From Vicugna vicugna (Eukaryota), in contig MU058444.1 in NCBI GenBank assembly GCA_013265495.1, positions 1,426,001 through 1,490,000 on the forward strand: a DNA stretch of 64,000 nt. Direction: 5' to 3'. The notes under the pieces were generated by a model, which had not been told where the DNA came from, ran no database searches, and saw only the letters and a list, made by a program, of their open reading frames with translations. Of the stretch, positions 48,601-63,030 are shown one piece after another. The first letter of the stretch is position 1; the number at the start of each line of letters is the position of its first letter. The position numbers and the translations under genes were made by a program.

Positions 48601-51600
48601 CTTGACAGAGAGATACCGTAAGGATCATATCACAGAGATCTCATTTCCTGTCGGCACCATCCTTTGACCCTAGCCAAGTCTGGGTGACCTTGAACCAGAC
48701 TTGTCCCCAGATGTAGCTTTCCTGACAGGTACTGAGGAAGTCCCTGCTCTCTCCTCCAAGCCCTGCTGCCTGGGATCTGAGAATACTCACTTCTTCCCAC
48801 AGAAATTTGTTTGTTTTTCTTTTCTGCCAGCCTCCTCAGAGCTGGGTGCTGATGTTGAGTCCAGAAGCCGAGATTACGGGGCAGCCGGTACCCCCATCCT
48901 CACTGCATTTCAGCTTGACTGGGGCATGCCTGGCCTTGCCACCCTGCAGCTCCCCAAATTTCCAGGACACCACCTCCCCGCAAGGACATTTAAAAACTGC
49001 CAAGCAAACTGAATTCCATTCAGAAGCTGTGTTCAGAATGTTCCGGAATGAAATTCCAGAAGCACCTACCTAAACACTTTGACTTAAATATCAAGCTTTG
49101 TGCTTTCTATTCATTGTAGTAATTGGTTTAATATTTACTTATTTGTGAATTATAGCTGATAAAACATAAAACATGTAATTGAGGAAGAGACAAAGAACTT
49201 ACTCAAGTTCATGTTTATCAAGATCCTTAGAGCAGGGATTCAAATCCGAGTCTGACCACATCAGTGCCCCTTACGAAACGTTCCAAGAGGCTACAGAATT
49301 TCTTTTTGAACTTTTCTATTTATGCTATGCCTCAGTGTTTAAACTCATTCCGAAATTCTACCGTTTCTCGCTTTTCCTTTGGATGTGTTTCCTTTATAAA
49401 GAGGCCGTAGAGCGATTCGGAATACCTCACTCTAGGGAGCACTCGCAGTAACCCTCACGGTGCTGATCCCAGCACAGAAGGTTCGGACTCTGCGAAATGC
49501 CAGTGTGAGTCCCACAGCCACACTTGAGTGCCCCGAGAACGGCTCTTGTGTGGGAACAGAAAACGCACTTGGATTTCTGTTTCGTTTCCTCACCCCTCGA
49601 TGTGTGTTTATGAGGCCAAGCAACGCATAACCCTGAGAGCCTCGGGGCACCGCCAAGCAGTTTTATTCCAGGTTGCTCCAAACTCACAGTAAAAAAAAAA
49701 GCAATCTCAGAGCCAAGCCCTGCTTCAGATACGTCCAGTTATAATGAGCTTTCTTCTTCTTCACTTTTGAAGGAAACCAGCTAAAGCCAAAAACAGCCGT
49801 GTAAATAATCATTAGACAGAAGGGAGCTGGCAGTGGTGATGGAGATGGTTAAGGAACTCACTTGAAAGAGAAACTGAATGCATCTGAGGAGAGTAAGGGG
49901 TTAATAAATCTCATTAATATTCATTACCTGATACAGTCAAGCAAGGGATGCCAAAGAACATGTCCACTCAACGGCAACCTCAGAGGAATAAAGCAGATTC
50001 TGTGTCATTAACTGTCTGAAGGATGGAGCAGACGTTGGAAGCTGGAGGGGAGGGGTCTCCGTTCTTCTTTCTCAAATCACACGGGACACTTTGTAGTCAA
50101 TGATGGAATCCTAATGAGTTTATGAAGCTTAAGTAGATATTTAAAAGCCTTGGACTGTTCAGAATCAGTAGTGATGATAGTTTTTATAAAAATTATAATA
50201 ACTAACATATAGGAGACATTATGCTAAATGCACATAATCTGATTTAATACAGTATGTATTTAGGGAGAGAAGAGAGAGAAATTCAGCTCACATTTATTGG
50301 ATGCTTATCATTCAGCCACCATTTTCAGCAGAGAAGGAGGAAGAGGAGGTGGAAACAGAAAGTTATCTTCCTGCAGACCAGTGTCTACTTTCCCGGGTAG
50401 ACTGTCTCCAAAATAAAAATTATGGAAAGTGACATAAAATTAGTGTTAATTAAACTTAGAGCATTTTTTTCCATCTGTGATCAATGTCTTGCTTGTCGAA
50501 ATCTGCAATTTTCTGTTCTCTCCGAGCCCCTGTAAGTTAGATTTCATGAACAGGCACTGCCTCTCCTGTCTCCCAGAATCCTGCTTTTCCTTCACTCCTA
50601 CGCACATTCTGAGAAAAGAATTCAATACAAGTAAATACTAGGAATGTTATCTTCATTAGATCGATAAGCGAAGTGACACCCTCATGTGATTAACATTACT
50701 GGCCTCCTGTCTCTGACACAGAAGGCTGTTCATGTTTTTTTCCAGATTCTGAATTGTCTCAAAGGAAAACTTGCACTCAGCTGGTTCACGTAATTTTTTT
50801 TTCTGGCTCTATATCCATTCATTTAGCTTATGGCTATAAAAAGTCAATCAGCTATCATTTTATTGAAACTTTGCACTTGGTAGATACTGAACTAGGTGTC
50901 ACAGAGAATACACTCCTCTCCTAAAAGTCAAACTTACCATTTTACATACTCCCATTTAAATAGCCAACACACATGAGATTTCAGAAACAGATTCTAGAAT
51001 GTTCAGAATACACCAAACAAATGGTACAAAATTCTGGGCGCAGTTGATTTGAGAGGAGGTTCTTGTGAATAACAGTCCCTATGCAATCTTTCGACATCAT
51101 CTAATTTACTGGGAAACGTTCACATTTTACTAATATACTGTCTACAAAATATAATTGTATGAGAATCAAGGCCCTGTCCCAAATTCCCTCCACTCAATTC
51201 CCCAGCAGGAAAAGATAAGAAAACCTGACATTCGTCAAAAGCACGTGCATAGCCTGGATTATAACCTTCTTAATGGAGGAGAGATCGTCTCTCGGACTTA
51301 AAATGCACACATACAAGAAAACTTTGACTGGGGTAAGCAGTGCCCTTTTGCCCTTCTGCACTGCAAACTACCCTGAAAATAAACTCAAAATGCAAATCTA
51401 ATCTCATTTATATTTACTGAGCGTGTATTTCGTACTAGGTGTCTGGCTTGAAATTGGGAAGGAAGGAAGCAAGATTATAAATTTATAATATAAACACTAC
51501 TTTTGTGTTTAAGATCGCACTACACTGTTCAGGGCTCAGGGGTACGCAGTTCTGCTTTCCCATCTCCCTCTGTCTGAGGCTTGGATTCTGTCCAATCTTC

Positions 51601-54199
51601 AGAAACCCACTTTTCCTCTCCAGAATGCCAACTCCAGCGTTCATTGTGTTCAAGAGGAAAGGCAACAGATAGCAGGGCAGATTTGCAACACTTGAAACCC
51701 ACTTCAGTGGCAAGGGACTAAGAAAGGAATTTTCTGTCAGAAACTATTTGGAGGAAAGTGTTACAAACAGTTTTCAATTTAAATTTAAACCCAAAGTGAG
51801 AGATGAATTTACAGTTAAACAGCCCTCCTTTAGAACGAAAGCACAGACACAGAATCTACACCACAGTTGGTAGGTTTTCAAGACATTTTGATTGAACACA
51901 AAGAAAGTACAGATTTTGTTCTTTCTGTCTTAAATAGGCAATGGAATAATAACACCACCTTAACATTTATTTAAGTGAGGGCTGCATGGTGCAATTTTCC
52001 CAACAAAAATAAAACAAATTAACCCACTTGTAACCTTGATTTAGATACCTAGAAAGGCTCAGAAAAATACCAGAGAACAAATCACTATCGTAATTACAAG
52101 GGCTGTTTATTGAGTATTTAATGTAGACTCTGCAATGAATTAAGGGCCAGAGATGCATTTTTATTAAATACTGTATAAAAATCTATAACCAAAATTCAAA
52201 ATAACGTTAAAAACGATTGTTAATTACACTGTGGCAGCAAACCTGTTAATGTTCGGAAGTAGGAAGCATTAACCAAATCCTAGAACATGTACATACATGG
52301 AACTTTTTGCAAAGACTACAGAGCCTATTTCAAAAGCAAAATCAAACAAAAACCTCCCTCCATCACTCTAACAGGGTTTAGGTCTAGAACTCAGAGGTTC
52401 CAGTGTCCAGCATGAAAATCTTGGTGATATATCTTGGTGAACCCAGTTATAGATCCACCAGTGGTAAGAATGAGATTTCTGTCTCCTGATGCTCTAGGTG
52501 CTCAGCTGACAAGCTCTAGGCTCTCGAGACCTTTAAAGCTCCTCCCAACACCCAAGTAGGTAGGTATCACCGGAAGCCCCCCCCAGATCACCCATTAGGC
52601 CCTCCCATCCTTCCGCCTGGGGCCAGCTAACATCTTCCAGCGGACTCACCTGGCTGCACTTCTGTAATTTCTTGTTCTGGGGCAATGAAGTATCAGTGGA
52701 CGTTCATAGCTCTATCTTAAATACTATAAATAACTATCTCACAGAACAATTTAAAAACCCGTCTTATATTGAACTTGAGGGCTATAAAAATTCAAATCAG
52801 AAGAAATATTGGGAAGACTAGAATAAATAAATTATAAGCAAAGTCCTTTAAATTTGGAAAGCATACTGTTATCAAATGTGCTTTCCTGGTATTGAAAGTA
52901 TGGGGGGAACTGCGGAAAATTATATGACTATGAAAAGTTTTTAAATAATCTAACTAATTAACTAATTGAGACAGATGATAGATCGATAGTTATTTTGAAC
53001 TAAATCACTCAGTCTTTTTAAGCTGTCTCATTAGCTAGTGCTTTTAAAAATTCGGGAGGTGTTCTCCAGATCCAGACCTCCAGGTTATTTATATCATTTA
53101 AAAAAAATATTTCCCTGTCCTATTATTACCCCATAGAAACATCTACAGAATCACATATGCTTATGGTGCCTTTGCTGCCATTCTTCCGTAGAAATTGATA
53201 AATTACAAATAACTTTGTGTTCCCTATCTCTTTTCCTTCTAATTGCATTTTGTAATTTCACACAACTCAGGAAAAGGTTTAACAAATAGGTGTATAGAAA
53301 TAACAGAGAGAACAAATCTTAGAGTGCTGTCACACGGAACTATTTTGGGGAAAATATGCATCAGCAGACGAAGTGTTGGGAACCTCTCTCTAGTAGATAT
53401 TAATAGCATGGTATTTATGGGAACGATGTGTGGCTAATTTTCCCAGCGTAATCTGCTCACTACAGGTCCTTTAATAGCTATGATATCATTTGGTTTTTTA
53501 GCTTATTTCCAAAAATCAGACTGCTTTAAATGTTTTATAAAATGAAAAATATGGAAAATACGACATGATGGAGAGAATATTGTTTTCATCCTTGACCGCT
53601 GATACCTGTTCAATGTTCATTCTGTTCTTGCTCCTAGATGACTTTTAGGGCATTTTGAGTTCCACATAGTCTGTCAAGAGGAGCCTTCCCTTTTTTTTTT
53701 ATTTCTTGTGGCAGTGTCTTCCTAAAGCTTTGTAATCAATTGAAATGTTGGCAGAAGCCAAGAAAAGGACAGTGGTATTGCAAAATGGTTGCTGACATTA
53801 CAACAGACTAAGAATATAGTAAAATGACAACCTACTAAAAGCTACTATGGGCCATTCACACCCAAACACCCTTCCCTCCTTCCTTCCGTCCCTCCCCTCT
53901 CCATTCCCCCTTTCCATCTCTTTCATACGTATATGTATATAAAGCAATCATCAAAACGTAAAAGGAAAGGAAATCTCTTTTGTAGAAGAATAATTTCAAA
54001 ATTCCACCTGTTGATCATTTCATTTAAAAAATTCTACTCTAGACACATTAGTCTCACTCTTATCAACACATATGTTTTAATCAGTAGCGAAGGGGGATTT
54101 AGACTACTCATTCACACTGAGATAAAGTGACAGCGTTTATATATACACATACATTTATATACCTATACATATATATATAGATATACAGAGTGAGTTAAC

Positions 54200-55240
54200 T
54201 TAGTTCTTCCAGGGTCATAAAGATATTGTATGTGTCTGTTTTGTATTGTATCTATTTTATATCTATATTATATCTATTTTTACCTAGAAGCATTATAATT
54301 CTAACTTTTTCTTTTAATCGCATGACCCGACTCTAATTTATCCATTAATGTGTGTGCTGTGTGAGGTAGGATTTGAAGTTCATTTTTGCTACATGGTTAT
54401 CCAGTTGCTTCAGCGCCATTTGTTGAGAATATTATCTTTTCCCACTGAGTTTCCCTTCCTCCTTGGCACCTTTGTCAAAAATTCTTTTGAGTGCAATCCT
54501 GTGGGTTTATTTCAGCATCTCTATGCTGTTCCATTGCTCTCTTTGTCAGTTCCTGAAGAACTTGTCCTTGAATTGTCTTGGTCTTTGTAACTTTATACTG
54601 AATCCCAAATTAGACAAGACAAGTCTTCCACCTTCGTTCTTTTTCCAGCATCCTTTTGGCTATGCTAGGTCTTTTCCATTTCCATATACATTTCAAAAGC
54701 AGTTTCTCAATTTAGAATTCTTTCTAAAGGCAGTTGGTATTTCAACTGTCCTAACATTGAACATATAAGTCAAGTTGGGGTCATCTTAAAAATACTGAGA
54801 TTTCCATGAAGTCAGGCTATTCCTTCATTTGTTTAAATCTCCTTAATTTATTCCAGCTATTGTTTTATACTTTTTAGTACAGAAGTCTCATATGTATCTT
54901 GTTAAATTTACTTTTGATACTATACTTAATACTGTTTTAAACTTTTGTTTGCCAATTGCTTGATGCCAGGATATAAAAATACAATTATTATTTTATACTG
55001 ATCTTGTTATCATGTGACTTTACAAAATCCACTAATTTTTCTGTTAGTGGTTGTATAAAAATTTTTAAAGGATTTTGCACATGCTCATGCTGTCTCCAAA
55101 TAAAGAATGTTTGACTTCTTTTTTTTTTTTTTTTTCATCTTTGGGCCTTTATTTCTCCTGACTTGTTTTGCTGGCTATGAACTCCAACACAATGTTGAAT
55201 ACACAGAGTGAGCAGATATTCGTACCTAATTTCTTAGAGG
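54200..55240 (-). mobile_element. Ancient L1M ORF2 remnant
   Basis: ATCCAGTTGCTTCAGCGCCATTTGTTGA, TTGGCACCTTTGTCAAAAA, CAACACAATGTTGAATA. Confidence 0.8.
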
Positions 55241-57116
55241 GAAACAGACTGGCTGATTCATGGGATTGCTTGGTATAAGTATAAAAATTTTTGTTCAAGT
55301 TTTCTTTCAATATTTAAGCATTTAAGCATTTTACAAACCATGGAAATGGATGCATTTCTGAAGTCAAGAAATACAGCCAACTAAAGCCAAAGTAGACATC
55401 TCTATAAAGGCATTTGGAGCAAAATCTTCAGAAAAATTGCATATGGCCGTAACCATTTGATCATGCTTGATGGAATGTTTTTCTCCCAAATGCCGAGTTA
55501 CATTTTTTTTTTTTCTGCATTACTCTAATCTGTAGGTCCTGGATCTCACACTGGTTAGGCTGCCTTTAAAGAATGAGATGGTTCTTCAATAAGCATAATC
55601 ATTGGGAACAGTGAAAGTCAAATTGGCTGTAAATCTGTTTAGATAAAAGGGTTCGATAAAAGGGTTAAATAAGTCAAGTTGCTACTAAAGATAAGTTGAG
55701 CACCACATGAACTTGTTACATAATATTTGTTCTTCAGGTTTCATTTCAACATTAATAACTGAAAAACAGAAATGAATAATAGACCAGTTTCTACTTTGGT
55801 GAAATTTTTTTTTGTTCTAATAATAACTGAAGTTAGGTACTAGTTTTGAGGCAAGACTTTATATAATTATTTTATTTAATAAAGTGGAGGAATTACAATT
55901 CACATTGTACACTGGTGTCATCTGATACTCAGAAAAAAAAATAACTAACCTGAAAGAGGAGAAATAATTGATTTGGTGTTGTATCATATCAAATGCAAAC
56001 TCTGATACATAATATTTACTTAATAAATGAATGTTGAGTAAAGTCACAGGGCTCTCCAGGGCTGCCTGAGCCAAGATGCACATGCAGGTTCTCCTGACTC
56101 TTAATAGCCTGCTCTGAATAATATCTGAAATATCTAGCAAAAACATTTGAATTCTCTGACTATTTTTTAAATTTAGATTATGGCACTTTTGTTTAAGTGG
56201 GAAAAAAAAAAGAAGAAATTAAAAAAAAAAGAAGAAACTGCCCTTGAATTTTAACTAGGTATCAGTTACCAGGTTATTTACGAGACGTCAAACTTGACCG
56301 TAAGTATCCTTGTTCACATCTCTACCAGTACATACACGGAGGGAGAAGGGCAGAGGAAGACAGCTTCCAGAATCAGTGTTTATGCTGCAGGATAAGTCAC
56401 TTTTGGTTTAATGAAGTTCTCACCCACCCTTTGGATAAAGCATCTTCTTAATTTATCCGCACACAGCAGGGGCCAAGGAGTTGATTGCTCTGTCTTCCCC
56501 ATTAAGCCACTTCCCCCACTAAGCTTTTGCATTCAGAAGTTTTGCAGGCAGAGTTTGGAGATGGTCCACTGATAGTTTATCAGTTCTTTCAACTGGGCTG
56601 CTGTCACCATGCCTTACTGATCTAATTTTGATTTGGATAATTGACTGAAAATAGTGTCAGGTTTTCTTTCCTGTGACATCCATCTAAAGAGGGTGGGCTT
56701 TTTAAAATGAAAAAGAAAAACTCTCAGCTGAGGGAAGATACAGTATCATAAAGTTATACAATTTTATAGCTATGATAGATCATCCATATTATGTATTTTT
56801 TAATACTACGTATTTAAACTAGAAACAATTTTCATTTTGTAATGGACCTTTTCCTTGAGAGTGATTTAGTGAGTTCTAGAAATTAAAGATTACATTGTTT
56901 CCCAAACTTTAAACTCCAAAATAGCTCACAGCAGATCATTATAATTCAATGGGCATTCAATAAATGGAATACTGATCCTTTTTATTGACAATTTTATAAA
57001 TTACATAATCTATTGAAATTCTGTTTTCTTGCCTTTCTATTTTTAAAAAATCTAGTAAATGTACAATTTAAGTCTTGCTAGAAGTACTTTTGAAATTCTA
57101 TAGACAATACTTACAA

Positions 57117-57140
57117 TTTCATACCAAATTTGGTATGAAA
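57117..57140. repeat. Perfect 24-bp palindrome
   Basis: TTTCATACCAAA|TTTGGTATGAAA. Confidence 0.95.
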
Positions 57141-59384
57141 CTCACCTAAGAAAAAAAGTAATAATGCTATTTAACACCTACCAAAATATTTTCTAAAAGT
57201 CTTAAAAGTTTAGCTAAAAATGTACATTTTGAAATATTGTTTTTGACATGCTAAATTCATTTTAAGCTCATTTCAAAAGCAAAAAAGTGACACTTTGTAT
57301 ATATCATGTAACTTCAGTTTAATTCACCATGTACATGACTGTCAGCTGTATTTATTATTTCCTACACACGTGAAAAACCATAAACAAATGCTATTCTGCA
57401 AGTTATTTGAAACATACTAAAATTTGAAAACCCCTAGAGGACATTCACCAAATTTTATGGCTAATATCTTTATACAGCACATGCACATAATGAGAAACAG
57501 GGCTGTCATATTTACTTCAATGCACATTTATAATGAGATTTATATTTTTGCCAAGAAATTTGAGTTTCACAACAAATCAGATATGCTGAGACAATGAAAA
57601 ATAAACATGGAACTTTATGAGTTATTCCAAGATAGGATTTTACCGTACAAATGACTCGACATCTGTAAGTAACTAAATCACTCTAGAGCAAATTCACCTG
57701 GAATCCTAAAATGTGTCTGTGGAGCAATTCTTGAAGTCAGATCACAGTCTGGATGTTCTGATGGAAAGATACAATCAGAAGGTGAAGGGATTTCCATGAA
57801 GGTGTGAATATGCAACACTTCATTTACTGCGAAGGTGAGTGTCTCCTGCCAGCTTTAAGATGTTTTTTACTTACTATGCAGAAATACGGATGATAAGAAT
57901 AGTGTACAGCTCCTTTAAAAGGACTTAAATTGACAATATCCTTACTTGGGTCAAAATACGAGGATGATCAAATCACAAAACCACAGAAAGAAGCCTTTCA
58001 GAGAAACACAGTGAAGTGACAACTGGTTTCCTCTCACGCAGGGAGAGGGGCTACCGTGCTTCTGTCCCTCTATAATTTGGAGGGTATATTATAAACCTTG
58101 TTGGCTCAGTTTACTAAATTCTCCATTGTCAGCTTTAGGAAATGTATATTGTACTATTAGGTAGCTATTTTACTTCTCATTCCCATACTTTTTAGAACTA
58201 AGTATTGGGGAGGAAAGAGACCAAATCGAATTCCCTCTCCTCTTCGACCCCACCCCCACCCTCAATGTTCTAAGGCACAGAAAATCGAGTTTGGGAATTT
58301 ACGGAGCTGTGACACTTGGTGAGAAGAGTGACACAAGAGTCCCTCCCAGGGGAGAATCGTCTCAGACCCCACATCGCCGTGGTATGACCACAGACTGAAC
58401 CTCCAGAGATGCCAACTGGTCATTCCTTAGCACAAAACAGTACCGAAGAGCATTTACAAGCACTTCCCTGAAAATACTAGTCATTCAATGAAAGTTCCAC
58501 ACAGAGAGGGAAGCCAAGCTGAGTAAAGGCATTGTCTTGAAATTACTGAAGTACTGACTTGCTACTCTGAACTGGGGCTGAGGTACGACCAAAATGTGAT
58601 CCATCGATAGTAAAATAAAGTGGAAAAGAAAATGTAAGTGCTGATTGGCTAATTTTTCTGTTGTTCATATTTTACTTATTATTATTGTAGGCAAGGACAC
58701 GTGGTAGCTGTCTGGGACGGTCCGCGTTACGTTGTGAGAGAGAAACGCCACCCAAAGTAGCTCAGAACAGAAGGCAACTGGGAGCACCCCCACTGAGTTA
58801 TTTGCATCCTCACCTGGGAGAGTCTAAGTCCTTCGTTTCTTCACTTCGATAGTTGGTCATTTTTCTTGAGCATCCTTGTCTTCACTTAACCGTGGACTCT
58901 TACCCACACACTTATTACCACCCTCTTTCGCTTATCATGTGCAAATGGCCCAGTTTAACTTAACACTGATCTGCATGCCTCTATTTCCCTGAATATCTGC
59001 TCTTTCATTTCAATGTAGTTTTTGAATGAAATGGCTTCTGACATCCTATCTCTTCAATTCAGGTATTTTCATTTCTGGTGAGTTCAAGCAACTTTTTTTA
59101 TTGTTTCATCTACCAAAATAAGTCTTTACATTTTTAAATGTATAATATTTTAAACTAAACTGTTTTCCTCTTAGTCTTTCTTTGTGTTACATTTACGCAT
59201 CCGTTGATATTTTATAATGAAGTGCAGGTAGATTGGTCTTGGATGATTTCATCTCAGAAAAGTAAATATTTAGAGTTAAAAGGTAGTTTCAAGGTGGAAT
59301 CCCTGCTCTACGACGGGGAGAGGAAGTAATCCCTGAGGTCTTACTCTGGACCAGACCTGCCCCCAGTGCTGGGTACCCACAGTC

Positions 59385-59510
59385 CTATTATCTCATAGGC
59401 TGAGAAATATGGTTCCTATTTTACAGATGTGGAATCTGAGGTTCCAAGAGATTTACTTGCCCAAGTTTACACGGCTAGAGAGCCCTGGAGCTGGGATTCA
59501 AAGTCGATGC
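59385..59510 (-). mobile_element. MIR remnant
   Basis: CCTATTTTACAGATGTGGAATCTGAGGTTC...ACTTGCCCAAGTTTACACGGCTAG...GGGATTCAAA. Confidence 0.8.
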
Positions 59511-61299
59511 CTCCTGCAACACCCCCAAGCCCGTCCAGGTGTCTTGACCAAATCCAGGACTAACAAGCGACATTTCTTGCCTTGTCTGATCATTCTCAGC
59601 CCAGGCAGACCCCTCAGTCTCCTTTCAGGCTAAATATTTTGCAATTTCCTATCTTGAAAGAAAACTCTTAGATAATGTATCCTACATACCCTCATCGTTT
59701 CCAAAACCTCCACATAAAATCAATATTATAAGTAATGTATTGATACAGCAGAAATAGTCAGAAGCTTACATCAGCAGAAAGGCAACAGCCTAAAATGTAG
59801 GCAGATACACTTGCACTGAAGTCAGCCATATTATTTATCAGAATCAAAAATGCTGCCTCTTAAAACCTCAGACGAGAACAAAACAGTACAGACCAAAAAC
59901 ATTAGTGGAGAAACCAGTGTGTGTAAAAATGTAAGAATAGCTCGTACTTTAATGATAAACACAGGTTTAGAATCCAGGTTTCGGTTTGTCACCTGTAGGA
60001 ATGTCCAGTAGGAAATTAGAGATTTGTGTTAGAAGCGGAAAAGTCTCTTTCGTGTGGAATGTTTATTATCACGGGGAGTTTAGCACCCCCCTTATTGAGT
60101 GGTATAGCTCAATATTGTGAAAAATAAAACTGCACTCCAGAATTTTGAAAAGGATACCGAGGATTCATCACATCGCTGCTACAGTTTTTCCACAGGGACC
60201 ACTCCTGCTCTCAGAGAAGAGCACTTTTCATTTCATTCCAGTTAATTTTCCTTACAAAGATAAATGATTCTAACATGTGCAGTTAGACTCTGAAGCCATT
60301 ACTTTTAAAACAAATTTTTTTTTTGAAGACTCCTATTTACTTTCATAGTCAAAACTGTTGGTGTAGCCGGAGTTACATTTAGACTTCCCTGAGTGAGGCC
60401 GAAGGCTTCTGCTTCCAACCGGAATGTTCTTTGTGTATATTTCTGTAACACTGCTCGTAAAATGGTCTGTTTGTTGTTGTTTCCTGGAAGACCACCCTAA
60501 TGTATGAATAAATATCCTGCAAAAATCTGGCTGACTCCTGGTTTCTGGTTGACCAATTGCTGTCACTTTGGTGTAATCACTCAAAGGCCAAAAGAATGCA
60601 CATTTGTAAACAGAGAAAACACTGCAATCCAGGCACCACATTTGACTTCTGTCTTTTGTCATTTAGTAATAATGCACAAAGTTTAGCTGATTGGTCCACT
60701 GCTCATAATTCAATATATTCATCCGATTCATAAATTCAGTTTATAGACACATACTTTTACATACATGTATGCAAGTGTAGCTATCGAATAATGTCTGGGA
60801 TCACAACGAGAAGTAAGACCTTGTTTATCTCATCCCCTGCTGTAACCCCAGGGTTGAAAACAGTGCCTGGCATGCAGTTGGAGCTTACTAAATATTTGTT
60901 TGTTGACTGAGAAGCTGGGACTTTGCACTGTGGTCTGTGGGCGGCCACAGAGGGCTTCATTGCAGGGGGATAATGTCACTTTCTAGTTTACAACTTCATT
61001 TTCTGTAAGACCTCTAGTGTCTGTTGGCCCTAAAATGTGATGGTTCTGGGTATGAGCCAGGCCTCAGGTGGGAGAAGAAAATGTTGCAGTTGTCATTTTT
61101 CTCTTCGTTCCAGTCATAGAATTCCGTGGGGTTAAACCAGCCCTTAAAGTTCCCCTAGGCTGAGCATGAATCTCTAAATCTTAACTTAATCGAGTGCTAC
61201 TGACAATTCTGTCGAAGCACACGTCGATGCAAAAGCAATGCAAATATTTGAGGATGGTGACTAGCTTGACAGCGTTTTCCCTCTCTCCATGCTAAATGA

Positions 61300-61875
61300 G
61301 CAATCATTTATTCCTTCAGTCAATTTAGATTGTAAGCCTACTGTGTGCCACACCTAGTTTTGCGGACTGGGGGTAGAGCAATGGACAAAATGGACAAATC
61401 CCATTCCTTGTGAAGTTCATAGTCTACTGGTAAAAACTGTAATAACAGCAACTAAGAATTGATGAATAGAGAAATAATATCAGATGGTGATGAATGCAAT
61501 TTACATGTGTACATACATACATACATGTGTACATGTGTACATTCATGTAGGATAAGAGAATAGAGAGTAATAGGGGTGCTATTTTAGTAAGGTGGTCAAG
61601 GAGGGGCTCCCTGAGGAAGTGGCTATTTAGCATAGTGAGGGTAAGCCTCATATATACATTGGAGAAGAACATTTAGGCAGTGTGGATGGAGGTGCAAAGG
61701 CCCCGGGGCATGATGGTGTTTGGCTCACTTAAGGACAAGCAGACTAGAGCCAAGATAACCGCAGGAAGAGTCAGGGGGATATGGAGGAAAGCTAGCCAGA
61801 AACTGGGTTACTTACAGCCTTGTCGGACAGAATAAGAATTTTGAATTTTAGTCTGTGGAATGGAAAGTTTTCAGA
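61300..61875 (-). mobile_element. L2 remnant
   Basis: TCATTTATTCCTTCAG...GCCTACTGTGTGCCA...GGTGGTCAAGGAGGGGCTCCCTGAGGAAGTGG...TGCAAAGGCCC. Confidence 0.8.
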
Positions 61876-62259
61876 TTTCCTTCAAGTGTTCCTGAACTAA
61901 TTAAGTGATTCAGAACAAGCTCACAACCTGCAGTGATCTCCTACGAACTTACTGAACTTTCTCTACATGTCTTTTAAATCATGGGGACTGGAAAGTTATG
62001 AAAACAGCCCTAGATTTTTCTGATCAACAATTACAATAGGACTGTTTTCACCCAACTCTTGATAACCTCCTTTACTAATAAAGTCTAAACAGCACGTCAT
62101 TTTCTGGAGGGCCTATCCAATGTTTCCCCTTGAACAAAGAAGAACATTTTTGCAGCACACACGGTAATTGTCAAGCTCTGTCAGTGCTGTACTTTTCGTC
62201 TTATTTTTGATTGAGAGCAAAGCTTTAAGTTTATCCCTAATGCATCTCCTTTGCTTGGA

Positions 62260-62470
62260 TGACCTGGACTCAAATTGTTTAGCTACTACTTACTGATTGT
62301 ACAACCCTGACCCATTACTTAACTTTTCTACATTTCATGTTATTTGTCTGTCAAACAGGGATTAATAATAATACTTCTATATTAATGATGTTGAGGATTA
62401 AATGAGATAATAGATACAAATTGCTTAGAACATGCCTGGCAAATGATAAGTAGCAGATAAAAGTTCACTA
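62260..62470 (+). mobile_element. MIR
   Basis: TGAGGATTAAATGAGATAAT...GCTTAGAACATGCCTGGCA. Confidence 0.8.
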
Positions 62471-62934
62471 TTTTCACCTGACATGACACCACACATAAAC
62501 AGAGATAGATTTCAATGCAATCACAGATAATATATGGGTTATAGATTGTATACATGCGTATCTAACATTCTCCCTTGTAAATCCCTAGCCAGTGATGCTG
62601 GGTCCTGGTCACACATGCGCACTCCGACGTTTCCACACTATGCAAGCCCACAGAGCTCTGCTGTTCCAAATTCTATCCAGCATAAACCCTACCCAGCATT
62701 AGGTGTGCATTTTCCACCATCCCCCTCTGTCTACTTACAGCAAGCATGCTCTTTTCCACCGAAGAACTCACAGTCATGGTTACTGGACAGCAGTACTGCC
62801 GTATGTCCTAAGCTATGTGTTTGTTGCCATAAATTCTTTCATCAAATATTTATTTAGCATCTGCTAAATGTATGTATCTGGAGGCTGTGTGGGATGTAGA
62901 TTCATAAAATCATTTCCAATCCTATCTTCTTAAC

Positions 62935-63030
62935 TGATTGGTAGTGTGACTTCGGGCACATTACTTAGCCTCTCCAGACCTCAGTTTCCTCATTGCAAGT
63001 GGGGAATAGGCAACAGAGCTCACATTACGG
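62935..63030 (+). mobile_element. MIR core
   Basis: GTGTGACTTCGGGCACATTACTTAGCCTCTC...CCTCAGTTTCCTCAT. Confidence 0.8.
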
